From Alphaproteobacteria bacterium (GTDB lineage: Bacteria; Pseudomonadota; Alphaproteobacteria; UBA828): 64,000 bases of DNA. The position numbers and the translations under genes are program-made. Every line of letters starts with the position of its first letter. Position 1 is the stretch's first letter. Under the pieces are notes generated by a model, which ran no database searches, was not told the origin of the DNA, and saw only the letters and a list, made by a program, of their open reading frames with translations. The DNA is taken from NCBI GenBank assembly GCA_965237415.1, contig CBDEFM010000002.1:704001-768000 (forward strand). The letters are read 5' to 3'. This document shows positions 10,607 to 20,107 of the stretch, piece after piece.

Positions 10607-11452
10607 ATGGCATTCACGGAGGTCAACGGCGCCAGGCTCTGGTACGAGGCGACGGGGGACGGCGCGCCCGTGGTTCACATCCACGGCGCAGGCTTCGGTC
10701 ACTTCAACTTCGCCACCGCGACGCCGATCGCGTCGAAATACTTTCGCTGTATCGATTTTGATATGCGCGGCTACGGGGAATCCGACAAACCGATCCAGTT
10801 CTACGACATGGGGGTGTGGGCCGATGATGTGGCCGGCCTCATGGACGCTCTCGGCATCGAGCGCGCCCATATCCACGGCACCTCCATGGGCGGGATGATC
10901 GCGCAGGTCTTCGGCGCGAAGTATGCCGACCGGACGGACCGGCTCGTCATCAATTGCTCGGCCGCCAAGCTCGACCTGGCTGGCCGCCTTACCTTCCAGA
11001 ACTGGATCGACATCTCGGAGGCCTATGGCTGCGGCAGCCGCACCTTGGCCCAACTCATCGCGGTCCAGGCGCTGTCGCGGAAATTCCTCGACGGGCCGGA
11101 CGGCCCTGGCGCGGTCGACATGATCCAGGACATTCTGGAGCGCTCAAACCGCAGAGAGGTCTACCAGCGGGCCTGCCGCGCGATGATGGAGATGGACCTC
11201 AGGCCCTACGCCGCTGAGATCAAGGCGCCGACGCTCGTGATCGGCGGCGACGAAGACATCATGACGCCGTGGGAGGTGGGCGAGACCGGCGCCGGGCAGA
11301 CCTGGCTCGCCGAGAACATCCCGAACGCCATCAAGCACGTGATCCGGGGCTCGAACCACTCGACTCTCTTCGACAACACCGAGGAGAACATGCGGGTGGT
11401 GGTCAACTTCCTCAGCGGCCGCAACGACCTCCTCGCGCCTCTGGAGGACTGA
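10607..11452 (+). CDS. Alpha/beta hydrolase
   Basis: GTSMGG nucleophile elbow, DMRGYGES; SD AGGGAGG before ATG 10607. Confidence 0.88.
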   Translation: MAFTEVNGARLWYEATGDGAPVVHIHGAGFGHFNFATATPIASKYFRCIDFDMRGYGESDKPIQFYDMGVWADDVAGLMDALGIERAHIHGTSMGGMIAQVFGAKYADRTDRLVINCSAAKLDLAGRLTFQNWIDISEAYGCGSRTLAQLIAVQALSRKFLDGPDGPGAVDMIQDILERSNRREVYQRACRAMMEMDLRPYAAEIKAPTLVIGGDEDIMTPWEVGETGAGQTWLAENIPNAIKHVIRGSNHSTLFDNTEENMRVVVNFLSGRNDLLAPLED

Positions 11453-11465
11453 CGCGCCGACGGAT

Positions 11466-12077
11466 TCAGCCGCCAAGCGCTGCCGCAGCCTCGTCGCAGG
11501 TGACCCGCTCGGCGATGTTCTCCAGCGCGAAGTTGAGGCCGGCGTTGTGCCACTCGTCGTTGATGGTCGAGGTTCCGTCCGTGAGGACGACGGCGCGGTA
11601 ACCCGCGTCGGCGCCGTGGCGGGCGGTGTGCTCGATCGAGAAGTTGGTCCACGCGCCGGAGATCACGATGGTGTCCACGCCGAGCCCCTTGAGGATCGTC
11701 TCGAGGTGGGTGTCGTGGAACGCGTTCATGCGCATCTTCTCGACCACCAGATCGCCCGTCTGAGGTTCGAGCCCGGCCACCGCCGCGGCACCCCAGGTGC
11801 CGCGCACCAGCGCCTTGGCCTCGGCGACGCTCTGGAAGAGCGGCGCGTTAAGCTTCAGTCCAGGTGCGCCTTCCTCGACGATGTAGTGGACGTGGATGAC
11901 CGCCATGCCGGCCTTGCGCGCGGCCGCGGCGAGGGATTTCACGTTCTCCACCACGTTCTGCGACTGGGCATGGGCGGGCGCGCCCGAATCGGCGAAGGCG
12001 CCGCCTTCTGCGATCACGTCGTTCTGCAGGTCCTGGATGATGAGCGCGCTGCGCGCAGGGTCCAGTTCGAAGGCCAT
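11466..12077 (-). CDS. Isochorismatase-family (cysteine hydrolase fold) protein
   Basis: IIQDLQND, VEKMRMNAF, SGAWTNFSIEHTARHGAD (Ser at usual Cys position). Confidence 0.88.
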   Translation of the reverse strand: MAFELDPARSALIIQDLQNDVIAEGGAFADSGAPAHAQSQNVVENVKSLAAAARKAGMAVIHVHYIVEEGAPGLKLNAPLFQSVAEAKALVRGTWGAAAVAGLEPQTGDLVVEKMRMNAFHDTHLETILKGLGVDTIVISGAWTNFSIEHTARHGADAGYRAVVLTDGTSTINDEWHNAGLNFALENIAERVTCDEAAAALGG

Positions 12078-12087
12078 GGGTCCTCTC

Positions 12088-12984
12088 CTACATATAGCTC
12101 AGGCGATTGCCGGCGACCTTGAGCGCGACCCGATAGACCGAGGTCGAGCAGGTGCAGTAGAGCTCGTTCCACCCGCTGCCGCCCCAGTTGAGGTTGGCGG
12201 AGTGCTCCGGCATTCCGATGCCGCCAAGATGTTCGCCGTCCGGCGCGAAGACCCAGAAGCCGCGCGGGCCGGTGACGTAGACGTTGCCCTGCTCGTCGCA
12301 CTTCATGCCGTCGACCACGCCGTTCTCCAGCACGCCGTCGCCGATATTCTCGGCGAACATGCGCCCGTTGGAGAGCGAGCCGTCGGCGCCCACGTCGAAC
12401 ACCCGGATGTGGGCGCGCGTGGTGTCGTTAATGTAGAGGATGCTCTCGTCCGGCGAGAAGCAGAGGCCGTTCGGCTGGTCGAAGTCATCGACCTCGCAGT
12501 GAAGCGCGCCGTCGGGCGCGATGCGGAAGACCGCCTGGAAACCGAGCTCCCGCTCGCGCTCCAGGCCGAAGACCGGCATGCGGCCGTACCACGGATCGGA
12601 GAAGTAGACCGAGCCGTCGGACTTCACGATCACGTCGTTGGGGCTGTTCAGCTCCTTGCCGTTGTAGTGCGAGGCGAGAACCTGGCGCTCGCCGGACGGC
12701 GTCTCGCGGATCAGCGCGCTGGTCACGTGCTCGCAGATGTAAAGGTTGAGATCGGCATCCAGCGTCATGCCGTTGCCCTTGTCGTTGGGGTGGCGCACGT
12801 CGCTCGCGCCATCCGCCGCGCTCCAGCGCCGGCGCGTATCCGCCGGGATGTCGCTGAAATAGAGGCATTGCTCGCGGGGGTGCCAGATCGGCCCCTCGGT
12901 GAACTGGAAGCCCGTGCAAATCTGGTCGATGGTTGCATCCTCGGCCACGAGATCCAGCAGCCGCGGTGAATTGACCTCGATCAT
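12088..12984 (-). CDS. SMP-30/gluconolactonase family protein
   Basis: FTEGPIW, LNSPND, PNGLCFSPDE, DGMKCD. Confidence 0.92.
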   Translation of the reverse strand: MIEVNSPRLLDLVAEDATIDQICTGFQFTEGPIWHPREQCLYFSDIPADTRRRWSAADGASDVRHPNDKGNGMTLDADLNLYICEHVTSALIRETPSGERQVLASHYNGKELNSPNDVIVKSDGSVYFSDPWYGRMPVFGLERERELGFQAVFRIAPDGALHCEVDDFDQPNGLCFSPDESILYINDTTRAHIRVFDVGADGSLSNGRMFAENIGDGVLENGVVDGMKCDEQGNVYVTGPRGFWVFAPDGEHLGGIGMPEHSANLNWGGSGWNELYCTCSTSVYRVALKVAGNRLSYM

Positions 12985-13062
12985 CCCCTTCTCTCCCTTT
13001 GCGACAACGCGCCTCGCCTACGTCCGGCGGCGGGGCGATCCTATCACGGTGCGGGCCGGATG

Positions 13063-13467
13063 CTATGCGGCACCGGCACCGACGATGGCATCGGCATCGA
13101 CCTCGACCAGCATCTCCGGCGAGACCAGCGCCGAGACCTCCACCAGCGTGGAGCACGGGAAGTTGCCGGTGAAAAACTCCCGCCGCGCCGCAAGGAAGGC
13201 CGGGCGGTCGCGTTCCAGATTCGAAAGATACACCCGCATCCGCACCACGTCGGAGAGGCTGCCGCCGGCGGCTTCGAGATAGTGCCGGATGCTGCGGAAG
13301 ATGATGCGCGACTGCTCGCCCGGATCGCCCACCGCGAGCACGTTGAAGTCCGCGTCCACCGCCACGAGCCCCGCGACATAGACGTTGTTGCCGTGGCGCA
13401 GGCAGTTGGACCAGAGGCCGGGCGCCGGCTCGGCCACATGGGGCGTCAGTACGCGTTCGATCGCCAT
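13063..13467 (-). CDS. RidA family protein
   Basis: AGGSLSDVV, FPCSTLVEVSAL, LVEVDA. Confidence 0.88.
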   Translation of the reverse strand: MAIERVLTPHVAEPAPGLWSNCLRHGNNVYVAGLVAVDADFNVLAVGDPGEQSRIIFRSIRHYLEAAGGSLSDVVRMRVYLSNLERDRPAFLAARREFFTGNFPCSTLVEVSALVSPEMLVEVDADAIVGAGAA

Positions 13468-13522
13468 CGTCGCTCCTTCCCTATCTTGTCGTCTCGTCGC
13501 GGCGGGCGGCGCTGCGGGCCGG

Positions 13523-14419
13523 CTAGAGTCGGTACAGCCGCCGCGCGGTGCCGCCGAATATCGCCTCCTGCGCCGCCGGGCTCAAATGGGCCAGCGCGCG
13601 GCGGTAGGCTTGGATGAGGCTCGCATAGTCGGTCCACAGCTTCTCGATCGGGAAGTTGCTGCCCCAGAGGCAGCGCTCGGGCCCGAAGAGCGCGACGGTC
13701 TCCTGCACCGTGCGCTCGATATGGGCCTGGTCGAGCCGATGGATGAAGGTGCCGAGCCCCGACAGTTTGACGTGGACGCTGGGCACGGCGGCGAGCCTTT
13801 CCATTCCCTCGCGCCAGGCGCGCCAGCCCTCTGGCGTCAGGTCCTCGGGCATCCCGCAATGGGCGAGCACCATCGGCACGTTGGGGAACGCCTCGGCGAA
13901 GGCGGCGCCGTCCTCTATCTGCGGGGTGAAGACCTGAAGCTCGAAGACGAGATCCTGCTCCGCCAGCATCCCGAAGTGTCGCCGCAGCGCCGCGTCGTTC
14001 ATCACCGCGGGCCCGTCGGCGAAGCGGTATTGTTCGTTCTCGTGCCAATGGAGCTGCATGCGGATGCCACGCAGCAGCGGGTATTGGGCCTGGGCTTTGA
14101 GCACCGCACCAACATCCGGGTCGCGCAAGTCGGCGTAACCGACGATAGCGTGGGGGTAGCCGGTGCGGTCGGCCTCGGCCTGCACCCGCGCCACCTCGTC
14201 GACGGCCCGTGCGGGCGCCCAGTTGGCCTGCACATAGATCGACTGCGCAATACCGCTGCCCTCGATGTCGCCCAGATATTCCTCGATGGCATAGTCCCGC
14301 CGGATCGGCTCATAGGGGCCGAAGATGCGCGGCAGCATCGGCCCCTCGAGCCACGGCAGGTCGCGCTGGCGCCAGATGTGGTGGTGGGAGTCGACGATCC
14401 GGTCCATAGTGGACCGCAT
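13523..14419 (-). CDS. Amidohydrolase_2 family (sugar lactonase-like)
   Basis: VDSHHHIW, VKLSG, WGSNFP. Confidence 0.88.
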   Translation of the reverse strand: MRSTMDRIVDSHHHIWRQRDLPWLEGPMLPRIFGPYEPIRRDYAIEEYLGDIEGSGIAQSIYVQANWAPARAVDEVARVQAEADRTGYPHAIVGYADLRDPDVGAVLKAQAQYPLLRGIRMQLHWHENEQYRFADGPAVMNDAALRRHFGMLAEQDLVFELQVFTPQIEDGAAFAEAFPNVPMVLAHCGMPEDLTPEGWRAWREGMERLAAVPSVHVKLSGLGTFIHRLDQAHIERTVQETVALFGPERCLWGSNFPIEKLWTDYASLIQAYRRALAHLSPAAQEAIFGGTARRLYRL

Positions 14420-14508
14420 GGTGGCCCGAGACGGCTGCCGGCGCCAGGACGGGGAATGGGCGCCCGATGAAGGTTGACGGCAGTTTCGGGCGGGCTTAGT
14501 TCGGTTAG

Positions 14509-14769
14509 ATGCGCACGGTCAACATCAGCCACGCGAAGACCCATCTGTCGCGCCTCGTCGAGGAGGCGGCCGGCGGCGAGGAGATCGTCATCGCCAAGCA
14601 CAACCGGCCGGTGGCGCGCCTAGTCGCGCTGGAACCCTCGACGCGCCCGCGCGAACCCGGCGGCTGGGAGGGAAAGGTCTGGATAGCCGACGACTTCGAC
14701 GCACCACTCCCAAAGGAGTTGGAGGACGCGTTCTATGGCGGCGATGGCGGCGATCCGTCTGACGCTTGA
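14509..14769 (+). CDS. Phd/YefM family antitoxin
   Basis: VNISHAKTHLSRLVE, IVIAKHNRPVARL, DDFDAPLP. Confidence 0.92.
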   Translation: MRTVNISHAKTHLSRLVEEAAGGEEIVIAKHNRPVARLVALEPSTRPREPGGWEGKVWIADDFDAPLPKELEDAFYGGDGGDPSDA

Positions 14770-14845
14770 TGCCCGCGCACTCCTTTGGAGGCGTGGCTGC
14801 CGGCCGACACATGACGCCTCGATGCCAAGAGAGGTAATTCCATGA
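14744..14845 (+). pseudogene. Relic of VapC/PIN toxin N-terminus
   Basis: Overlaps antitoxin end, reads MAAIRLTLDARALLWRR (cf. RLLLDTHALLW), ends after 33 codons. Confidence 0.55.
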
Positions 14846-15594
14846 ACAAAATCGACTTGGAAGGCCGGCGGGCCATCGTGACCGGCGGCGCCCAGGGGCT
14901 CGGGCGCGCGATCGGCGAGCGGCTGCAGGCCTCCGGCGCCGCCGTCTACGTCTGGGATTTCGACCCCGCCGCCATGGCGGAGGCGCAGGCGGACTGGCCG
15001 GACGGCGGCCCGGCAGGATGGTTCGAGGTCGATGTCTCGGATGCGGATGCTGTCGAGGCGGCGCTTCGGGAGACCCAGGCGAGCGCCGGCGGCATAGACA
15101 TCCTGGTCAACAACGCCGGCATCTCCGGCCCCAACATGCCGACCTGGGAGTACCCCGTGGACGACTGGCGCCGGGTGATCGATATCGATCTCAACGGCCC
15201 CTACCTGGTGTGCCGCGCGGTGGTGCCGCTGATGCGGGACGCTGGCTGGGGGCGCATCGTCAACATCGCCTCGGTGGCCGGCAAGGAGGGTAACCCCAAC
15301 GCACCCGCCTATAGCGCGGCCAAGGGTGGGCTGATCGCGCTCACCAAGAGCCTCGGCAAGGAGCTCGCCGGCAGCGGGGTGCTGGTCAATTGTGTCACGC
15401 CAGCGGCGGTGGAGACCCGCATTTTCGCCCAGATGACGCAGACCCATATCGACATGATGAAGTCGAAAATCCCGCTCGGGCGCTTCGGCCTGCCGCAGGA
15501 GATCGCGGCCATGGTCGCCTGGCTCTGCTCCGAGGATTGTTCGTTCTCGACCGGGGGCGTGTTCGACCTTTCCGGCGGCCGCGCGACCTATTGA
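14842..15594 (+). CDS. SDR oxidoreductase
   Basis: TGGAQGLG, NNAG, YSAAK. Confidence 0.92.
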   Translation: MNKIDLEGRRAIVTGGAQGLGRAIGERLQASGAAVYVWDFDPAAMAEAQADWPDGGPAGWFEVDVSDADAVEAALRETQASAGGIDILVNNAGISGPNMPTWEYPVDDWRRVIDIDLNGPYLVCRAVVPLMRDAGWGRIVNIASVAGKEGNPNAPAYSAAKGGLIALTKSLGKELAGSGVLVNCVTPAAVETRIFAQMTQTHIDMMKSKIPLGRFGLPQEIAAMVAWLCSEDCSFSTGGVFDLSGGRATY

Positions 15595-15734
15595 CCGCGC
15601 GCGCCTCGTCGCAGTGAGCGCGCGACGTATTAGCCGCGCGACTGACGCACCAGGATCAGGTTGACCGGCCCCACCGGCGCTCCCACACTCGCCGCGCCGC
15701 GGGGGCGATCGCGCCCAACGACGAGAGGGAGACC

Positions 15735-16499
15735 ATGAAGGAGCACGAGGAAGGCTATTCGATGCCGCTGGCGGCGCCGACCTTCACGAAGCCGCCGTTC
15801 TACGCGACGCCCGACAGCAAGATTTTGATGATGGCCTACCGCGCCGACCCCGAAGCGGTCGCCTTCGAGGTGCCGGAGCCGCTGGAGCCGGTCGAGCCCA
15901 ACCTGATGCTCGCCTGGCTCGGCGACATGGGCCAGCCGACCCACTCGGTCGACCTCTATCACGAGTGCCTGACCGCCATAATGGTCCGCTTCAAGGAATG
16001 GACGGGCTGGTATATCAACTACATCTGGGTCGATAACGACATGGCGCTCACCTTCGAGCGCGAGATTTACGGCTGGCCGGCGAACATGTGCGAGACCACG
16101 CCGCTGACCTTCCATGGCAGCCAGGCGATCGGCCATTGTCAGCGCGCCGGCGAATGCCTGATGCGGCTCAGCATGAACGTGACCAGCCCGCCCCCGATCC
16201 GCCGCGCCGACAGCGCCATCGAGGACCGCTTCGCCGAGCTGGTCGACGCCGACTTCCTGCAGATTCGCAAGCTCCCCCACCCCGAGGAGGGCGGCAAGCC
16301 GATCAAGCAGGTGCTCCTGATCCGGCCGGAGGATTTTGCGCTACACGAGATCTGGTCTGGCCCCGGCCACCTGGAGCTCGGGCGCTCCGGCCTCTACCCG
16401 CACCTCTACAAGCTCGAGCCGGTCGAGGTGCTGGAGACCTGGTACCTCAAGGCCTCCTGGGTCGTGCCTTACCCGAAGGTGGTCTGGGACAACGGTTAG
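15735..16499 (+). CDS. Acetoacetate decarboxylase family protein
   Basis: YSMPL, VPEPLEP, YHEC, EREIYGWP; the Schiff-base Lys (usual GxPK) is replaced. Confidence 0.75.
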   Translation: MKEHEEGYSMPLAAPTFTKPPFYATPDSKILMMAYRADPEAVAFEVPEPLEPVEPNLMLAWLGDMGQPTHSVDLYHECLTAIMVRFKEWTGWYINYIWVDNDMALTFEREIYGWPANMCETTPLTFHGSQAIGHCQRAGECLMRLSMNVTSPPPIRRADSAIEDRFAELVDADFLQIRKLPHPEEGGKPIKQVLLIRPEDFALHEIWSGPGHLELGRSGLYPHLYKLEPVEVLETWYLKASWVVPYPKVVWDNG

Positions 16500-16641
16500 G
16501 CCGAATGCCTCATCTGGGTCGCGGTCTGCGGCGGAAAAGGAGAAATTACAAAACGAACCCAATTTCGCATAACCCCCTTATATGACGCCATAAATTAGAA
16601 AACTATGCTTGGCGGACCCGCTGATCGCCGCCGGGTTGGCG

Positions 16642-17673
16642 TCAGGTCGAGATCATCTTCTTCTCGATGCCGACGCCGGCCTCGACGGCACGCTGATACT
16701 CGAGCGGGACGGTCGCCGAATCCTGGATCGCGATCCCGGTCGAATCGAAGAGCGTGACCTCGGTGTCGTCCCGGCGGCCCTCGAGCCTGTCGCAGATGAC
16801 GGCGCCGATCGCGCCGGCCACATCGTCGGCCGTGATGATGCCCTCCTTGATCGGCACGTTGATCTCGCCGTCGGGCACGCACTGCCTGATGTCGTCCACG
16901 AAAATACGCGCCCGCGCCGCGATGGCGCTTTCCAGCTCCTGATTGCCGGCGAGGTCGGAGCCCAGCGCTGCGATGTGGGTGCCGTCTGCGATCCACGCGT
17001 CCTTGACCACGGGATCGGCGCCGGTGGTGGTGGTGACGACCGCATCGGCGCCCCGCACCACCGCTTCGAGATCGGTGGAGGGGACAAGATTGAGGCCCGG
17101 ATGGCGCGGCGCCTCGCTCTCCATGAAGTTGTCGAGGGTGGCCTGGGTACGGCTCCAGACCCGGACCTCGGACCAGTCACGGACGGCGGCGCAGGTGCGG
17201 AGCGAGCCGATACCGACGTCGCCCGCGCCTACCAGGGCGAGGACGGACGCATCCTTGCGCGCGAGCCAGCGGATGGAGACCGCGGCGGAAGCGCCCGTGC
17301 GCATCATGGTGTGATAGCTGCCGTCGACGATGGCGAGCGGAAAGCCGGTCTCGGGCTCGGTGTAGACCAGGATCGAGAAGACCGTCGGCAGGTCGAACTT
17401 GGCGCGGTTGTGCTCACGGATCGAGACCCACTTGCAAGCAGCGGCCTCGGTCACGCCGGCGCCGGCCGGCTCCTCGATATAGGAGGGCATGACCTCCCAC
17501 TCGCCGGGATACTTGTCCAGCACGATGTGGCCCTTGGGCTCCAAGTAGCAGCGCCCCTCGCCGTGCCGGCGGAACGCGATCTCGACGCAATTCACGTACT
17601 CGCCGGGCTCCAGCAGGCCCATCATGTCGGTGCGGCTGAGGATCAGGGTCTTGCGGTTGCGCCAGCTCGTCAT
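16642..17673 (-). CDS. Ornithine cyclodeaminase/mu-crystallin family imine reductase
   Basis: MRTGASAA, LVGAG, FDSTGIAIQD; start ATG 17673 overlaps upstream stop. Confidence 0.9.
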   Translation of the reverse strand: MTSWRNRKTLILSRTDMMGLLEPGEYVNCVEIAFRRHGEGRCYLEPKGHIVLDKYPGEWEVMPSYIEEPAGAGVTEAAACKWVSIREHNRAKFDLPTVFSILVYTEPETGFPLAIVDGSYHTMMRTGASAAVSIRWLARKDASVLALVGAGDVGIGSLRTCAAVRDWSEVRVWSRTQATLDNFMESEAPRHPGLNLVPSTDLEAVVRGADAVVTTTTGADPVVKDAWIADGTHIAALGSDLAGNQELESAIAARARIFVDDIRQCVPDGEINVPIKEGIITADDVAGAIGAVICDRLEGRRDDTEVTLFDSTGIAIQDSATVPLEYQRAVEAGVGIEKKMIST

Positions 17674-20027
17674 GATTTGTCGGTTCCTTCCTTTGGCCCG
17701 GAGAGCGATTGCTCGTGCAGAATGCGCCAGATCGCCTCGGGCGTGGCCGGCATCTCCACTGCGTCGTGGCCGCCATGATCGCGGAGCGCATCGGCCACCG
17801 CGTTCATCACCGCCGCCGGCGCCACGATCGAACCGGCCTCGCCGCAGCCCTTCACGCCCAGCGCGTTCGTCAGGCACGGTATCACGGCGAAGTGCCCGTC
17901 GAAGAACGGCAGATTGTCGGCGCGCGGCAGCGCGTAGTCCATGAACGAGCCGGCGAGGAGCTGCCCGCTCGCCTCGTCGTAAACCGCATGCTCGGTGAGC
18001 GCCTGGCCGATCCCCTGGGCGATGGCGCCGTGGCATTGCCCCCCCACCAGGAGCGGATTGAGGATGCGCCCGAAGTCGTCCACGGCGGTGTAGCGAACGA
18101 TCCGCACGACGCCCGTCGCGCGCTCGATCTCCACCTCGCACACATGGCAGCCGTTGGAGAAGGTCACGGCGCGGGCCATGTGATGGACCTCGCAGTCGAG
18201 GCCAAGCGTCTCGGCCTCCGGCCGGAGCGCCGGGTCGAAGGAGGCACGGACGACCTCGGCGAAGCCGGCCGTGCGGTCAGTGCCGGCGATTCGGTAGCGC
18301 CCGTGCGTGAACTGCACGTCCTCCTCCCGCGCCTCCAGCAGGGCAGCGGCAACCGCGCGACCCTTCGCAACGGTCTCCGCCGCCGCGCGGCGCACGGCGT
18401 TCCCGCCGATTGGCAGGCTGCGCGAGCCGCTGGTACCGCTCCCGTGCGGAACGAGGTCGGTGTCCCCCTGCTGCACGCGCACGTCCCGCACGGGAATGCC
18501 GAGGCGCTCGGCGACGATCTGGGCGTAGGCCGTCTCATGCCCCTGCCCCGTCGACTGGCTGCCGATGAGCACCGTGGCCGCGCCTTCCTTATCGAAGCGG
18601 AGCGCCGCCCACTGGTCGCGGTTGCCGCCGCAGGGATCGACGTAGAGCGCGAGCCCGATGCCCCGCAGATGTGTCCCCTGCCCCGCACCCGCCTCTCGCC
18701 GTCGCGCGGCCTGCCAGCCGCCCGCTTGGCACGCCCTCTCCAGAACGGCTGTGAAATCGCCCGAGTCGTAGGTCTGCCCGAGCGCTGTGCGGTAGGGCAT
18801 GGCGCTTTCGGCAATGAGATTGCGGCGGCGCAGCTCGGCGGGGTCGAGGCCGAGGTCGTGCGCCGCCCGGTCGATCAGGCGCTCCAGCAGATAGACGTTC
18901 TCCGGCCTACCGGCACCGCGGTAGGCGTCGGTCGGCGCGGTGTTGGTGTAGGCGGCGCGGACCCGCACGTGGAGCGCAGGTGTCCGGTAAGGGCCGACCA
19001 GCGCACGGGTGCCGCCGGCGGTCGGGATGAACGGCCCGAAGTTGGAGGGATAGGCGCCGAGGTTGGCGACGCTGTCGACGGCGAGCGCGAGAAACCGCCC
19101 GTCGCCGTCGAGCGCCAGCGTCGCCCGCGAACGCAGGTCGCGGCCCTGATGGTCGCTCGCCATGGCCTCGCCCCGCTCCGCCACCCACTTGACCGGATGG
19201 CCGAGCGCGCGGGCGGCGAACAGCACGAGCGCATACTCGGGATAGACCCAGAGCTTGATTCCGAAGGCGCCGCCGACATCGGGTGTCACTACGCGGAGCC
19301 GCCGGGCGGGAACCTTCAGCACGTGCTGGGTCAGGATGTCCCGCACCAGATGAACGCCCTGCGTGCCGGTGGTGAGCGTGTAGACGCCGCTCCCCGCATC
19401 GAAAGTACCGAGCGCGGCGCGGGGCTCCATGGGGCAGCCGATGACGCGCTGGTTGTAGGTCTCGATGCTCACCCGGTGGGCCGCCCTGCCGAGCGCGTCC
19501 TCCACCGCCGCGCGGTCGCCCAACTCCCAGTTGACGCAGCAATTGCCCGGCGCCTCGGCGTGAAGCTCGGGCGCATCGGCCTGCAGCGCGGCGTCTGCAT
19601 CCGTGATTGCCGGGAGCGGCCGATAGGCGACGGAAACGGCCTCGACCGCTGCCTGGGCCTCGGCTGCGCTCTCGGCAACCACGAAGGCGACCGGGTCGCC
19701 GACTACGCGCACGCGCCCGGTTGCGAGCACCGGGCGGGGCGGCAAACGGGCGGCGCTGCCGTCGGCGCCCTTGGGCGCCATGACGCAGGGGATCGCCCCG
19801 ATGCCGGCATGGGCCAGATCGGCGGCGGTGAAGACGGCGCACACCCCCGGCAACGCTGCCGCAGCGCTTGCGTCGATCGGGCCGAGCTCGGCATGGGCAT
19901 AAGGCGAGCGCACGACGCAGCCCCATGCCTGGCGGGGGAGCACGACATCGTCGATATAACGCCCGCCGCCGGTCAGGAAGCGCTCGTCCTCCGTCCGCCT
20001 CTCCGCCGCGCCGATACCCTCTGCCAT
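17670..20027 (-). CDS. Xanthine dehydrogenase family molybdopterin-binding large subunit (CoxL form II-like)
   Basis: EDERFLTG.G.YIDD, DVGGAFG, AYRGAGRPE, GQGHET, KGCGEAG. Confidence 0.92.
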   Translation of the reverse strand: MAEGIGAAERRTEDERFLTGGGRYIDDVVLPRQAWGCVVRSPYAHAELGPIDASAAAALPGVCAVFTAADLAHAGIGAIPCVMAPKGADGSAARLPPRPVLATGRVRVVGDPVAFVVAESAAEAQAAVEAVSVAYRPLPAITDADAALQADAPELHAEAPGNCCVNWELGDRAAVEDALGRAAHRVSIETYNQRVIGCPMEPRAALGTFDAGSGVYTLTTGTQGVHLVRDILTQHVLKVPARRLRVVTPDVGGAFGIKLWVYPEYALVLFAARALGHPVKWVAERGEAMASDHQGRDLRSRATLALDGDGRFLALAVDSVANLGAYPSNFGPFIPTAGGTRALVGPYRTPALHVRVRAAYTNTAPTDAYRGAGRPENVYLLERLIDRAAHDLGLDPAELRRRNLIAESAMPYRTALGQTYDSGDFTAVLERACQAGGWQAARRREAGAGQGTHLRGIGLALYVDPCGGNRDQWAALRFDKEGAATVLIGSQSTGQGHETAYAQIVAERLGIPVRDVRVQQGDTDLVPHGSGTSGSRSLPIGGNAVRRAAAETVAKGRAVAAALLEAREEDVQFTHGRYRIAGTDRTAGFAEVVRASFDPALRPEAETLGLDCEVHHMARAVTFSNGCHVCEVEIERATGVVRIVRYTAVDDFGRILNPLLVGGQCHGAIAQGIGQALTEHAVYDEASGQLLAGSFMDYALPRADNLPFFDGHFAVIPCLTNALGVKGCGEAGSIVAPAAVMNAVADALRDHGGHDAVEMPATPEAIWRILHEQSLSGPKEGTDKS

Positions 20028-20107
20028 CCCGCCCCCGCATTGCCGTCCCTGCGCGCGCACGTTAGATAGCCGGGCGCCAGGCCGCAATCGGCGGGAGATG
20101 CAAAGGC

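Noticed and set aside
17670-20027. True CO dehydrogenase
   Set aside because: Lacks form I AYxCSFR motif and cox accessory genes
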